A stretch of DNA of 64,000 bases from Candidatus Latescibacterota bacterium (GTDB lineage Bacteria; Latescibacterota; UBA2968; UBA8231): positions 1,088,639-1,152,638 of the forward strand of contig CBDCNM010000002.1 of assembly GCA_965219385.1 (NCBI GenBank), in the 5' to 3' direction. Below are positions 41,569 through 51,160 of the stretch, piece after piece (positions within the stretch are counted from its first letter, which is position 1; the number at the start of each line of letters is the position of its first letter). Below the pieces are notes generated by a model. That model was not told the DNA's origin and did no database searches. It saw only the letters and a list, made by a program, of their open reading frames with translations. Made by a program: the position numbers and the translations under genes.

Positions 41569-42029
41569 GCTCAGAGCACCTGGAAGGATGCCCCGGACGG
41601 GTACAGCGTCGACTTCAGACGCACCATGGGCCTGCTGACCGTGCCGGACTGGGGGACGGTGCGCGGCGTCGAGGGCACCCCCCAGCCGGAGTTCGAGTTC
41701 GCTGCCTGACGTCCTTCTCGACTGCCTCCTGCGCCGGCGCACGGCTTGGTGCGCCCTCAAGTACCCGGTTGACCCCCGATACGTGCCGAAAGGCAGCAGA
41801 CCGGTGCTCCGAGCACTCCCGAAGGACCCGGCGAGACCGCAAACGATCATCAGAGACCTTACATGACCCTTGCGTGCGCTCTCAGCGCCTTGACAGGGTA
41901 TCGATAACGGTGCCTTATTATGCCTGTACGCCTCTTTCAGTGAGAAGGCGCTGAAGCAGAGATTTTCACAACCGCGAATAATCCAGCATCAAAGTCAAAT
42001 CATTCTCGACCATATATATAGAGGTACCA

Positions 42030-43031
42030 ATGGAACTATTTCACAAAACGGATTGGGGGAAAATATACTTGGGCGATGCTCTCGACCTCATGGCGACCTT
42101 TGAGGACAAAAGCGTCAATCTGATAATGACTTCGCCTCCCTTTGGATTAGTCCGAAAAAAAGACTACGGCAATGTCGATGCCGATCAATATCTCGACTGG
42201 TTCCGACCATTTGCCGAGAAATTCAGACGCATTCTCAAAGATAATGGTTCTCTGGTGATCGATATTGGCGGGTCTTGGATTGCTGGACGCCCCACTCGTT
42301 CTCTTTATCACTACGAACTTTTGATCATGCTTTGCAAAGAGTTTGACTTTCATCTCTCCCAAGAATTCTTCTGGTGGAATCCCTCCAAGCTGCCCACTCC
42401 TGCCGAGTGGGTAAATATACGTCGAATTCGAGTTAAAGATGCGATTAATTGCGTCTGGTGGCTTTCGCCAACGCCTTGGCCTAAAGCTAGCAATCGCAGG
42501 GTCCTGACTCCCTATAGTAACTCGATGAAAGGATTGCTTAAAAATGGCTATAGGGCTCAGCTAAGGCCAAGCGGCCACGATATTAGCGAGAAGTTTAATA
42601 CCGATAATGGGGCTTCTATTCCGCCCAATCTCATCGCAATTCCCAATACGGAAAGCAATTCTAGCTACTTGAGACTGTGCAAAGAGAACAATGTAAAACC
42701 CCATCCTGCTCGCTATCCCGCGGAGTTGCCCGAGTATTTTATTAGAATGCTTACTGATAAAGGAGATTTGATATTCGATCCTTTGGCCGGGTCTTGCGTA
42801 ACAGGAGAAGTTGCCGAGCGACTAAGGCGTAAATGGATATGCTGCGATCTCGTGAAAGAATACCTTAGAGGTAGCCTTTTTAGATTTAAGTCCAAGTCTC
42901 GCGGTGAAAAAAAGAAAGTGCCTTCTTATGGCCTTTCTCATCCCGCCGCCTTGTGGGATGGAACGGACGATGAAGAAATGTTGTCAGATGACGGCGGCAA
43001 GAAAAGACCCAAAAAAGAAACAATGCGCTAG
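42030..43031 (+). CDS. beta-class amino-DNA methyltransferase, M.PvuII-like (probably m4C)
   Basis: MTSPPF catalytic motif precedes FDPLAGS SAM motif; NPSKLP..EWVN..IRVKDA, RPSGHDI, DNGASIPPNL, HPARYP recall M.PvuII. Confidence 0.92.
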   Translation: MELFHKTDWGKIYLGDALDLMATFEDKSVNLIMTSPPFGLVRKKDYGNVDADQYLDWFRPFAEKFRRILKDNGSLVIDIGGSWIAGRPTRSLYHYELLIMLCKEFDFHLSQEFFWWNPSKLPTPAEWVNIRRIRVKDAINCVWWLSPTPWPKASNRRVLTPYSNSMKGLLKNGYRAQLRPSGHDISEKFNTDNGASIPPNLIAIPNTESNSSYLRLCKENNVKPHPARYPAELPEYFIRMLTDKGDLIFDPLAGSCVTGEVAERLRRKWICCDLVKEYLRGSLFRFKSKSRGEKKKVPSYGLSHPAALWDGTDDEEMLSDDGGKKRPKKETMR

Positions 43032-43037
43032 GGGATT

Positions 43038-44045
43038 ATGCCTGCTGTTTCCCCTTCGGTACTCGTCGATTCTATTCTCTCTGCCGTACAGCAATCAGGT
43101 GGTACAGGCTTCTATGTGTCTGAACGTCTGAGAACTCACCCCAGAAAATACGTAGTTCAATATCTCGAGGATACCTTTTCACTTTGGGTTTATATATGGA
43201 CGCTCACACACGGAGGTAGGCAGTCGTTACCCGAAGAGTATCGAATCCAAATGACCACGGTATCTTCCCCCTTGGCTCTAAATCCAAGTGACTATACCAT
43301 TTTGCTGGGATATTATTCTGATCTTGATATATTTACAGGCTTTGACCTACATAAACACAGAACGTTTACAGCGGGTTCTCCTTCTGTTCAAGTCGATGTA
43401 GGAACTCTTTATACAGCCGCTCAAGATGGCCTCGCTTTTTCCCTGAAAGAGAATCGAGAAATCGCTGTTGCAATCCGTCCAGATCAATTTTTGAACTACG
43501 TTTTTAACGCGGCCTCTCTACACCAGTACGGAGGCGATATTGCGACATATAGCCTTTTGCTGAAGGCTTCTCAGTCTGAAGAAATACCGGCACGAGAGAC
43601 AGAGAATCTTACGAAAGAAAGACAAAAAATAGTCGAATTGGTACGTCGTTATGCACGAGAGTCGGATTTTCGCAAGCAAGTTATGGAGGCGTATGGGAAC
43701 CGTTGTGCAGTGACCAGAGCCCGGCTCAATCTCGTTGATGCCGCCTACATTATACCGGTAAAAGCACCAGGAAGCAGCGATGATATTTCCAATGGGATAG
43801 CTCTATCTCCGACTATCCATCGGGCTTATGATAGCTGCCTGATTTACCTCGATGAAGACTATTACGTGCGGCTCAATGAGAAGAAGGCTAGTGATCTGAG
43901 ACACCAATGTCTCCACGACGGTCTTGCGCAGATGCGCTCTTTTTTGGATTCTCGGATACATCTACCAACCGATAAAGATCAATGGCCCAACCCCAAATTC
44001 ATCAGGGAGGCCAATCGGTTGCGGCGCATACCTACCTACTGCTGA
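43038..44045 (+). CDS. HNH endonuclease-domain protein (first His appears replaced by Tyr)
   Basis: FRKQVMEAYGNRCAVT..DAAYII..NGIALSPTIHRAYD; separate N-terminal domain (WTLTHGG..EYRIQ..SPSVQ). Confidence 0.85.
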   Translation: MPAVSPSVLVDSILSAVQQSGGTGFYVSERLRTHPRKYVVQYLEDTFSLWVYIWTLTHGGRQSLPEEYRIQMTTVSSPLALNPSDYTILLGYYSDLDIFTGFDLHKHRTFTAGSPSVQVDVGTLYTAAQDGLAFSLKENREIAVAIRPDQFLNYVFNAASLHQYGGDIATYSLLLKASQSEEIPARETENLTKERQKIVELVRRYARESDFRKQVMEAYGNRCAVTRARLNLVDAAYIIPVKAPGSSDDISNGIALSPTIHRAYDSCLIYLDEDYYVRLNEKKASDLRHQCLHDGLAQMRSFLDSRIHLPTDKDQWPNPKFIREANRLRRIPTYC

Positions 44046-44307
44046 ACTTCTGTATTACTTGAAAACGACAGGTTTGCTCCAAATCAGAGGATTCTATGCT
44101 TGATTTCCATAGGGAAACTGTGTAAATTGGCGGTGAAATAGGAGCGGCCTCTATTTGTCGAGATCCATCTCTGTAATAGGCTGTCGGACAATAAGTTACA
44201 AGGATATCATGTTTGAACCTGTCGATTCCAAATAAGCTAGGTACCATCATACCCGACCTCCATCCTGTACCCCTCTCCTCGAATATTCCTCGATCCGGCC
44301 CTTTTCA

Positions 44308-44829
44308 ATGTCCGCTCTGTCCGGAATCCTTCTCTGCCTGCTGCTGTTGAACGCCTGCGGCTCCGTTGCGCCGATCCCGCGCTATACCAATTCCACGCCG
44401 CGGAGCGGCTCTGTCACTGTGGCCGAGGAGCTGGAAAGCCGGCGGCGCGGCGGCAAGAGCCGCCTGCTGCGCGTGGTAGACAATTATTTGGGGATCCCCT
44501 ACAAATGGGGCGGCACCACCCGCCAGGGCATGGACTGCTCGGCCTTTGCGCGGGCCATCTACCGCGAGACCTACGGCATTGAATTGCCCCGAACCTCCAA
44601 ACAAATGTACCAACTCGGACAAAACATCGCCGGACAGCGCAACCTGAAACCGGGCGACCTGGTCTTCTTCAGGGACACCTACTCGGGTCCCGGGATATCC
44701 CACGTAGGGGTGTACATCGGCAACGGCCGCTTTGCCCATGCCAGTTCCAGCAAAGGCGGAGTCATCACTGGACTCGATGCTACCTACTTTAAGAAGCGCT
44801 ATGCAGGGGCGCGGAGAATCCGTCGCTGA
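44308..44829 (+). CDS. NlpC/P60 family lipoprotein
   Basis: Lipobox LNAC; GIPYKWGG, DCSAF, LPRTS, PGDLVFF, HVGVY, FAHAS. Confidence 0.93.
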   Translation: MSALSGILLCLLLLNACGSVAPIPRYTNSTPRSGSVTVAEELESRRRGGKSRLLRVVDNYLGIPYKWGGTTRQGMDCSAFARAIYRETYGIELPRTSKQMYQLGQNIAGQRNLKPGDLVFFRDTYSGPGISHVGVYIGNGRFAHASSSKGGVITGLDATYFKKRYAGARRIRR

Positions 44830-46162
44830 GTGGGGGCGCCGCAACGCCTGGCTCCTGCTGGCCGGCCTCTCCATTCAGGCGGCTCTGTTCTACCTAATTT
44901 ACCTGGGCGACCTGCGCACCCAGGTGCCGTTTTTGTGGATCGGCGTGGGTGCCGCCTTCCCATTCTACCTGCTCGCCGCCCTCTTGGTGCACCGAAGACC
45001 CGGCGGCTCCCTGGGTTTGATCCTGCTGCTTGCCCTGACCTTGCGCCTGACCCTGTGGTGGAGCCCCCCCACCCTCTCGGAAGATGTCTATCGCTACGTC
45101 TGGGACGGCCGCGTCCAGCGGGCCGGCATCAATCCCTACCTCTACGCCCCCCAGGCCCCGGAGTTGGAAGCTTTGCGGGATCACCTCTACAGCGGCATCA
45201 ACCACAAAGAAATCCCGACCGTCTACCCGCCCCTGACGCAGTTGTTTTTTCTCCTGGTCTGCACCATCCAGCCCAGCCTGGGGATGATGAAATTCAGTCT
45301 GATGATGGTGGAGTTCGGCATCGTCCTCCTGCTCGTAAAGATCCTCTACCAGCGCCGCCAGGATCCCCGTCTGGTGGTGCTCTACGCCTGGAACCCGCTG
45401 CCCCCGATCGAGATCGCCGGCAGCGGTCACAGCGATGCCCTCGGTGTTTTCTTTTTGCTCCTGGCGCTCTACGGGCTGGCCGCCGCGCGCAAGACCATGG
45501 CCGTCTGGGCCCTGAGCGGCGCCTTTCTTTGCAAACTCCTGCCCGTCCTGGCCCTGCCCGTATTCTGGCGCCGCATGGCCGCGCACCCGTTCCATCCGCG
45601 GGGACGCTGGGCCCTGCTGTGGTTCCCCTTTCTGAGCGCCCTGGGCTTCCTGGTCTTTTCCGGTGCCGGCACCCAGTTGTTCGCCGGCTTGCAGACTTAC
45701 CTCCTGAAGTGGCGCTTCAACGATGCCCTGTTCTCCCTGCTCTACGAAACCCTCAAAAACCCCGACCTCGAATGGGACGATACAGCCTTGTCGCACGCCA
45801 AACGGATATGCAGCGGCGTCCTGTCGTGCACCGCGCTCTGGGCGGCCTTCAGGTATGCCGATCCCTACCGGGCGATTTTTGTCGTCATGGGCACCTATCT
45901 CGTGCTCTCGCCTACCCTGCACCCCTGGTATTTGCTGTGGGTCCTTCCCTTTTTGCCCCTTTTTCCGCAGCCGGCCTGGGTGCTCTTCAGCGCCCTGGTC
46001 TTTCTTGCTTACGAGGTGCTGATTGGCTATAGTAAGAATGGTACCTGGATCGAACAGGACTGGGTGAAATGGACTCAGTACGGCCCGTTTTACGCCCTGC
46101 TGATCCTGACCCCTTTGTACCGGCGCTGGCGCCAAAACCACACCCCCGAGCTGAAGACATGA
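44801..46162 (+). CDS. GT-C membrane glycosyltransferase (GT87/DUF2029-like)
   Basis: LSEDVYRYVWDGRVQ..NPY, TVYPP, YAWNP..GHSD, PTLHPWY. Start uncertain. Confidence 0.78.
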   Translation: MQGRGESVAEWGRRNAWLLLAGLSIQAALFYLIYLGDLRTQVPFLWIGVGAAFPFYLLAALLVHRRPGGSLGLILLLALTLRLTLWWSPPTLSEDVYRYVWDGRVQRAGINPYLYAPQAPELEALRDHLYSGINHKEIPTVYPPLTQLFFLLVCTIQPSLGMMKFSLMMVEFGIVLLLVKILYQRRQDPRLVVLYAWNPLPPIEIAGSGHSDALGVFFLLLALYGLAAARKTMAVWALSGAFLCKLLPVLALPVFWRRMAAHPFHPRGRWALLWFPFLSALGFLVFSGAGTQLFAGLQTYLLKWRFNDALFSLLYETLKNPDLEWDDTALSHAKRICSGVLSCTALWAAFRYADPYRAIFVVMGTYLVLSPTLHPWYLLWVLPFLPLFPQPAWVLFSALVFLAYEVLIGYSKNGTWIEQDWVKWTQYGPFYALLILTPLYRRWRQNHTPELKT

Positions 46163-46473
46163 GATATATCTGGATCATACTGGGTGCTATCCTGCTCGTG
46201 GTCGAAACCGCTTCCCTGGAAGCCCCCACCGGAAAAAACCTGGCGCACCGATATGACATACAGGTCTTCCCTGCGTATATTTTTGCGGCGGGGTTGGCCC
46301 GCAGTCCCCGCTTTGAGCGGATGCGGGACCTGGCCGCCGCGGTCCAGACCCTGGCCGATTCGCTGCAACTGGCTCCGGGGACTATATCCGCCCTCATCGG
46401 GAACCAAGTCCTGATACGCCATGCCCAGCCCGGAGAAATCTTCCGACTGTGGCGGGAAGGAAACCAGCTGTGA
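46159..46473 (+). CDS. small exported hypothetical protein
   Basis: ATGA and GTGA coupling to both neighbours; hydrophobic N-terminus. Confidence 0.6.
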   Translation: MRYIWIILGAILLVVETASLEAPTGKNLAHRYDIQVFPAYIFAAGLARSPRFERMRDLAAAVQTLADSLQLAPGTISALIGNQVLIRHAQPGEIFRLWREGNQL

Positions 46474-47141
46474 AGCATCCGTGGAATAGTCTTTTCATCC
46501 TCTTGAGCTGTCTATGCCTGGGTGGCTGTCTAGGATTGATACGCCGCCCGCCCGCCCCGGATACGGCTGGAACGGGGAAGGCCGGGAACCAGCCCGCAAC
46601 GACGGAGGTCCAAGAGGAAGAGCCACCCTCGTCCTCTCCCCAGGCCGCAGAGAAGCTACCGGACCCAGAAGAGACTCTGCCTGCCACGGAGAATATGGGA
46701 CAAAAGACAGTGGAACAACCCGTCCAAAATAAGATCGTCCAGGTTCACCGCCCCAAACGCAACCGCCGGCAGCAAGAGGCCATCAAACAAATAAACGAGT
46801 ACGCCTTCTGGTGCATTGAAAACAACATGTGGACCGAGGCCAGGCTGCACCTGGAACAGGGATTGCAGCAGGACAGCCTCTCCGCCAGCATCCACAACAA
46901 CCTCGGCATTGTGTACGAGCGTCTGGGTCTCCAGGAAAAAGCCGCGGCAGCCTACGTCAAAGCCCGGTCCCTGAACCAGAAAAAGCAGGCCTATCAGATC
47001 AATCTTCAGCTCTTCGATAGACGTCAGCAAGCCGGCCGGATCGACTCGGTAGAGGCCCAAACAAAAGCGGTCGAAGATTTGTCGGATCCATTTGCCAGCG
47101 ACGGCAACAGGACCCATCCACCAGAACGCACAGGGGAGTAG
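46470..47141 (+). CDS. TPR-repeat lipoprotein
   Basis: Lipobox-like LGGC; ASIHNNLGIVYERLG..AAAAYVKA TPR. Confidence 0.75.
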   Translation: MKHPWNSLFILLSCLCLGGCLGLIRRPPAPDTAGTGKAGNQPATTEVQEEEPPSSSPQAAEKLPDPEETLPATENMGQKTVEQPVQNKIVQVHRPKRNRRQQEAIKQINEYAFWCIENNMWTEARLHLEQGLQQDSLSASIHNNLGIVYERLGLQEKAAAAYVKARSLNQKKQAYQINLQLFDRRQQAGRIDSVEAQTKAVEDLSDPFASDGNRTHPPERTGE

Positions 47142-47146
47142 TTATT

Positions 47147-50100
47147 TTGCAGGTGACAGCTAAAAAATCGCGGCCTCTAAAAGGAGTCAGCAATCTGTGG
47201 CTGGCGCTGATTGTAATCTTGCTCGGCGTCTGGATATTCCCCCTCGAAGCCCAGGACATCATCTCCTCGCAGCTGCGCCAGGGCTTTGGCAAAAACAAGG
47301 TCCGCTACAAAGATTTCGACTGGTGGATCCTGGAGAGCGAACACCTGGAACTTCACTACGAGCCCGAGTTCCACGACCTGGCACAGAAGGCCATTCAGTA
47401 CCTGGAGGAGGGGTATGTCCAGGTGAGCGAAATCATGCGCCACGAACTCTCCACCAAGCCCCCCATCGTGATCTACCAGTCCCATTACGAATTCCAGCAG
47501 ACCAATATCATCCACGACTTTCTCCCCCCGGGCGTGGCCGGCTTTGCCGAACCGCTGCGCTACCGCATGGTCATTCCCTTCAACGGCGATCTGGATGAAT
47601 TTCGCAACGTCCTGATCCACGAACTATGTCATATTTTCCAGTACGATATCCTCTACAAAGGACCGGTCAAACGCCTGTCGAACCCACTCAGCTCTCCGCC
47701 TACCTGGATCATGGAGGGACAGGCCGAGTACGTTACCCAGGAAAGGAATACCACCGACGAGATGGTGCTGCGGGATGCCGTCCTCACCGACCAGCTGATT
47801 CCCCTCGAAGTCATGAACGCCGCCTGGGGCGTGGGCAATGTCTTCCTGGCCTACAAACAAAGCCACAGCATAATGGAGTACATCGCCGCGCATTACGGCC
47901 CTGAAAAAATCAGTCGTTTCCTGCGGGTCTGGGACAGCCAGAAAGACACCGACAAACTGCTCGAACGCTTGGTGGACATGGACATGAACACCCTGCACGA
48001 ACGCTGGTCCGCCCACATGCGCAAACAATACTGGCCTTTATTGCAATCCCGCGACTACCTCTCCGAAATCGGCCGAAAAATCATCGAGCAAGAGAATTTC
48101 TACGGCGTCCACACCAGTCCCAGGTGGTCGCTGAGCGGCGATATGCTGGCCGTGCTATCCACGGATGGGGTGGAGCAGCACGTCGACATCATCCGCCTGC
48201 ACGACGGCAGCCTGGTGGAGCGCATTACCCGCCATATGCGCATAGCCGATTACGACCATCTGACCTTTGGACCGGGCACCGTTGCCTGGGCCCCGGACGG
48301 CCGCACCATTGCCTTTGTCGCCAAGAAAGGCCCCAAAGACATCCTCCTCCTGTGGGACCTCTATCAGAAGGAACTGGTCCAGACCCTGGCCTTCGACCAC
48401 CTGGAGATCATCGAAGCCCTGGCCTGGGACCCGGATAGTCGCCGCCTGGCCTTCACCGGCACGGGTTACGGTCAGGGCGACATCTATATGGTAGATGTAT
48501 CCAGCGGCGAACTGACCCAGATCACCGGCACGCCGCAACGCGACGACTATCCGGCCTGGTCGCCGGACGGCGGGCGGATCGCCTTCAGCGCCAAGTACAA
48601 CCACCAGTTCGACATCAAGATCTACGATGTGGAGACCGGGCAGTCGAAAGTGGTGGTGCAGAGCCCCACGGACGATGTGTGGCCCAACTGGCTTCCCGAA
48701 GGCAACAAGATCCTCTTTGTCTCCACCCGGGATCGCATCAATGATCTTTTTGTCTACCACCTCGAAGAAGAACGGGAATACCGTCTAACCCGGACCCTCA
48801 GCGGCATCATGGATCTGGCTCTGTCCCCGGACGGCAGGCAGATCGTTTTGAGCACCTATTACCAGGGAAGCCGCCACCTCTACCTCATGGACATGCCCGA
48901 GTGGCCCGAACTCAAAAAGCAAAGCGTCAAACTGCTTGCCAGAGGGCAGAAGCAACCCGATGCCGTTCCCTCTGCCCGCCCTGTGGCCCCCGAGCCCGAA
49001 CCCTTGACAGGAGAGCCGCCCGCTCCCGTCGCCCTGGCGCAGCAGAACATGGAAGCAGGTGAACCCGTCGCCCTGGCAGACCAGAAGGCCGGCGCCGACA
49101 AGAAAGAGCCGCAGCTGCTCTACCAGGCCTCTGATATCCTCGATCAACCCAGCGGATCCAAACTAAAAACCGGACTGGCCAAGCCGGATACAGCCGTGCA
49201 ACTGGATACCAGTCGGACGGCCATAGCTACGGGTGAGTTGCGCCGGCGGCGCTACACCCCCAAACTGGAATTCGATGGCCTCTCCCTGCAGATGGGCTAC
49301 TTCGATGGCTTCTTCTCTTCGATCGGTCTGCTGAGTATGAGCGATCTGCTGGGCAACCACTCGCTGTCCCTGGCCACCAATGCCGTGGCTTCCCAGGAAA
49401 TCGAAAGCGACCTCAATTTTGCCATCACCTACAACTACTACGGCCGGCGGCCTACCTTCAATGTCGCCATCTTCAACTGGAACCAGTTTTTCAACGACGA
49501 CCGCACTTACCTGATCGGCGGCCTTCGCCCTGTCCGCGGCATTATCCGCAGCCAGCAGAGCGGCATGCTGGTGGATGTCAGTTATCCGCGCGACATCTAC
49601 CGCCGCATTGACCTGAGCTATACCTATGTGAGCGAAAACGAGCAGCGCATTTGGCCGGAAAAAGAAGCCCTGGGGGTCGTCAGCACCCATCTTTTCAAAA
49701 CCGCCTATGTGCACGACTCGATCAACTACGGCCTTTTGGGCCCGACCGCGGGCAAGCGCTATTTCGTATCGGTGGGCCGCACCCTGGACCTCTCCAAAGA
49801 CAACCGCTCGTTCTCGCACCTGGAGCTGGACTACCGCCACTACCTGCGCCTGGGACGCTGGTCGGTCCTGGGGCTGCGAGCCGCCGGCGTCGGTTCCCTG
49901 GGCGAAGACGGACTGGAGTACAATCTGGGGGGACCCACCTGGTTTCTGCCCTTTTACACCGGCTTTAACCTGAATACCGGCCCCCTGCGCGGTTACAGTT
50001 TTTCCGAGTTTTCGGGCAGCCGGGTCGCGCTGGTGAATACCGAACTGAGGGTGCCCTTCATTCGCCAGATCACCTTTGGCTGGCCGGCCATCTTCACCAT

Positions 50101-50386
50101 CCCCGCGGTGGACGGCAGCCTTTTCCTGGATGTGGGCGGGGCCTGGAACAAGGGCGACGAACTGGATATGTGGCCTTTGTACGATCCGGATCTGCCCCCG
50201 GATGAGGACTTGCCCCCCAACCTCCGGCAAGAGCCCGAGGGCACAAGGCGCCTGCGCGCCGGCATCGGTTTTGGCCTGCTGGTCTACTTTCTCCTGCCGA
50301 TGAATTTTGAATTCGCCAAGCAGACGGACCTGCAAGGGCACTATTCGGACTACCAGATGCACTTTAGCTTTGGAAAGAGTTTTTGA
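47147..50386 (+). CDS. outer-membrane protein: HExxH peptidase-like domain + TolB-like PD40 propeller + BamA/TamA-like barrel
   Basis: HELCH..WIMEGQAEY; repeated WAPDG/WSPDG/LSPDG; LRGY..NTELRVP..FLDVGGAW; C-terminal Phe. Confidence 0.8.
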   Translation: MQVTAKKSRPLKGVSNLWLALIVILLGVWIFPLEAQDIISSQLRQGFGKNKVRYKDFDWWILESEHLELHYEPEFHDLAQKAIQYLEEGYVQVSEIMRHELSTKPPIVIYQSHYEFQQTNIIHDFLPPGVAGFAEPLRYRMVIPFNGDLDEFRNVLIHELCHIFQYDILYKGPVKRLSNPLSSPPTWIMEGQAEYVTQERNTTDEMVLRDAVLTDQLIPLEVMNAAWGVGNVFLAYKQSHSIMEYIAAHYGPEKISRFLRVWDSQKDTDKLLERLVDMDMNTLHERWSAHMRKQYWPLLQSRDYLSEIGRKIIEQENFYGVHTSPRWSLSGDMLAVLSTDGVEQHVDIIRLHDGSLVERITRHMRIADYDHLTFGPGTVAWAPDGRTIAFVAKKGPKDILLLWDLYQKELVQTLAFDHLEIIEALAWDPDSRRLAFTGTGYGQGDIYMVDVSSGELTQITGTPQRDDYPAWSPDGGRIAFSAKYNHQFDIKIYDVETGQSKVVVQSPTDDVWPNWLPEGNKILFVSTRDRINDLFVYHLEEEREYRLTRTLSGIMDLALSPDGRQIVLSTYYQGSRHLYLMDMPEWPELKKQSVKLLARGQKQPDAVPSARPVAPEPEPLTGEPPAPVALAQQNMEAGEPVALADQKAGADKKEPQLLYQASDILDQPSGSKLKTGLAKPDTAVQLDTSRTAIATGELRRRRYTPKLEFDGLSLQMGYFDGFFSSIGLLSMSDLLGNHSLSLATNAVASQEIESDLNFAITYNYYGRRPTFNVAIFNWNQFFNDDRTYLIGGLRPVRGIIRSQQSGMLVDVSYPRDIYRRIDLSYTYVSENEQRIWPEKEALGVVSTHLFKTAYVHDSINYGLLGPTAGKRYFVSVGRTLDLSKDNRSFSHLELDYRHYLRLGRWSVLGLRAAGVGSLGEDGLEYNLGGPTWFLPFYTGFNLNTGPLRGYSFSEFSGSRVALVNTELRVPFIRQITFGWPAIFTIPAVDGSLFLDVGGAWNKGDELDMWPLYDPDLPPDEDLPPNLRQEPEGTRRLRAGIGFGLLVYFLLPMNFEFAKQTDLQGHYSDYQMHFSFGKSF

Positions 50387-51084
50387 GACTCCTGCTGCCT
50401 ATCATCGCCCTGATCCTGACCTTGCTGCCGGGTTGCGCCGGCCGCACCTCCTCTAAGCGGGTGGAATTCCAGGCGCCTTCCCCACCCGATCCGGCAATTT
50501 TGCCCATCCTGAAGGATGCCAAACGCATCGGCGTGCTTTCCATTACCAATATTGAGCCGGTGAAAAAGCTGGATATCGAGAAGGTGGTGGGCCGGCTGGC
50601 CGACGGCATGGCCCGCGGTCTGGGCAATATTCCCGAGGTAACCGTGGTCTCCCAGGACGAGATCCGCTGGCATTTCAATTACACCGCCTTTGACTCGGTC
50701 AGTGTCTTATCCCCGCAAATCCGCACGACCTTGCGAGAGGAGCTGGAACTGGACGCCATGGTCTACGTGGAACTGAACGATCTCCAGGCCCAGCTGACAC
50801 CCGTATCTCCAACCCCTTATGGAGGCCTTGCGCCGGCTCCCGGCCTGGATCTGTCGGTCGGCCTGCAGGTGACCTTGATGAACCTGCACACCGATGCGGT
50901 CTGGCGCCATGATCAGGGCCAGCACCGCAACTGGCAGCCCATCCAGCTCCAACTCTTCGGGGGCGGGGACCAGCCCGAGCGCCAGCTCTTGATGGCCCTC
51001 CGCCGTCCTCTGAGCCAGATCCTGGCCCGGGTTGCCCCCCCTCCCAGAAAACAGGTGCGGCACTTCGAAATCAGCGGGGACTGA
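50383..51084 (+). CDS. hypothetical lipoprotein
   Basis: Signal peptide with LPGC lipobox; TTG start overlaps the previous stop. Confidence 0.8.
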   Translation: MRLLLPIIALILTLLPGCAGRTSSKRVEFQAPSPPDPAILPILKDAKRIGVLSITNIEPVKKLDIEKVVGRLADGMARGLGNIPEVTVVSQDEIRWHFNYTAFDSVSVLSPQIRTTLREELELDAMVYVELNDLQAQLTPVSPTPYGGLAPAPGLDLSVGLQVTLMNLHTDAVWRHDQGQHRNWQPIQLQLFGGGDQPERQLLMALRRPLSQILARVAPPPRKQVRHFEISGD

Positions 51085-51102
51085 TTCTCCAGCTCCATAA
51101 AA

Positions 51103-51136
51103 GAAGGGCGGATGCCTCGATTGGCATCCGCCCTTC
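51103..51136. terminator. intrinsic terminator hairpin (14-bp stem)
   Basis: GAAGGGCGGATGCC-TCGATT-GGCATCCGCCCTTC; T-tract on the minus strand. Confidence 0.85.
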
Positions 51137-51160
51137 AGGGATTTTCGTATGGACTCTTAG

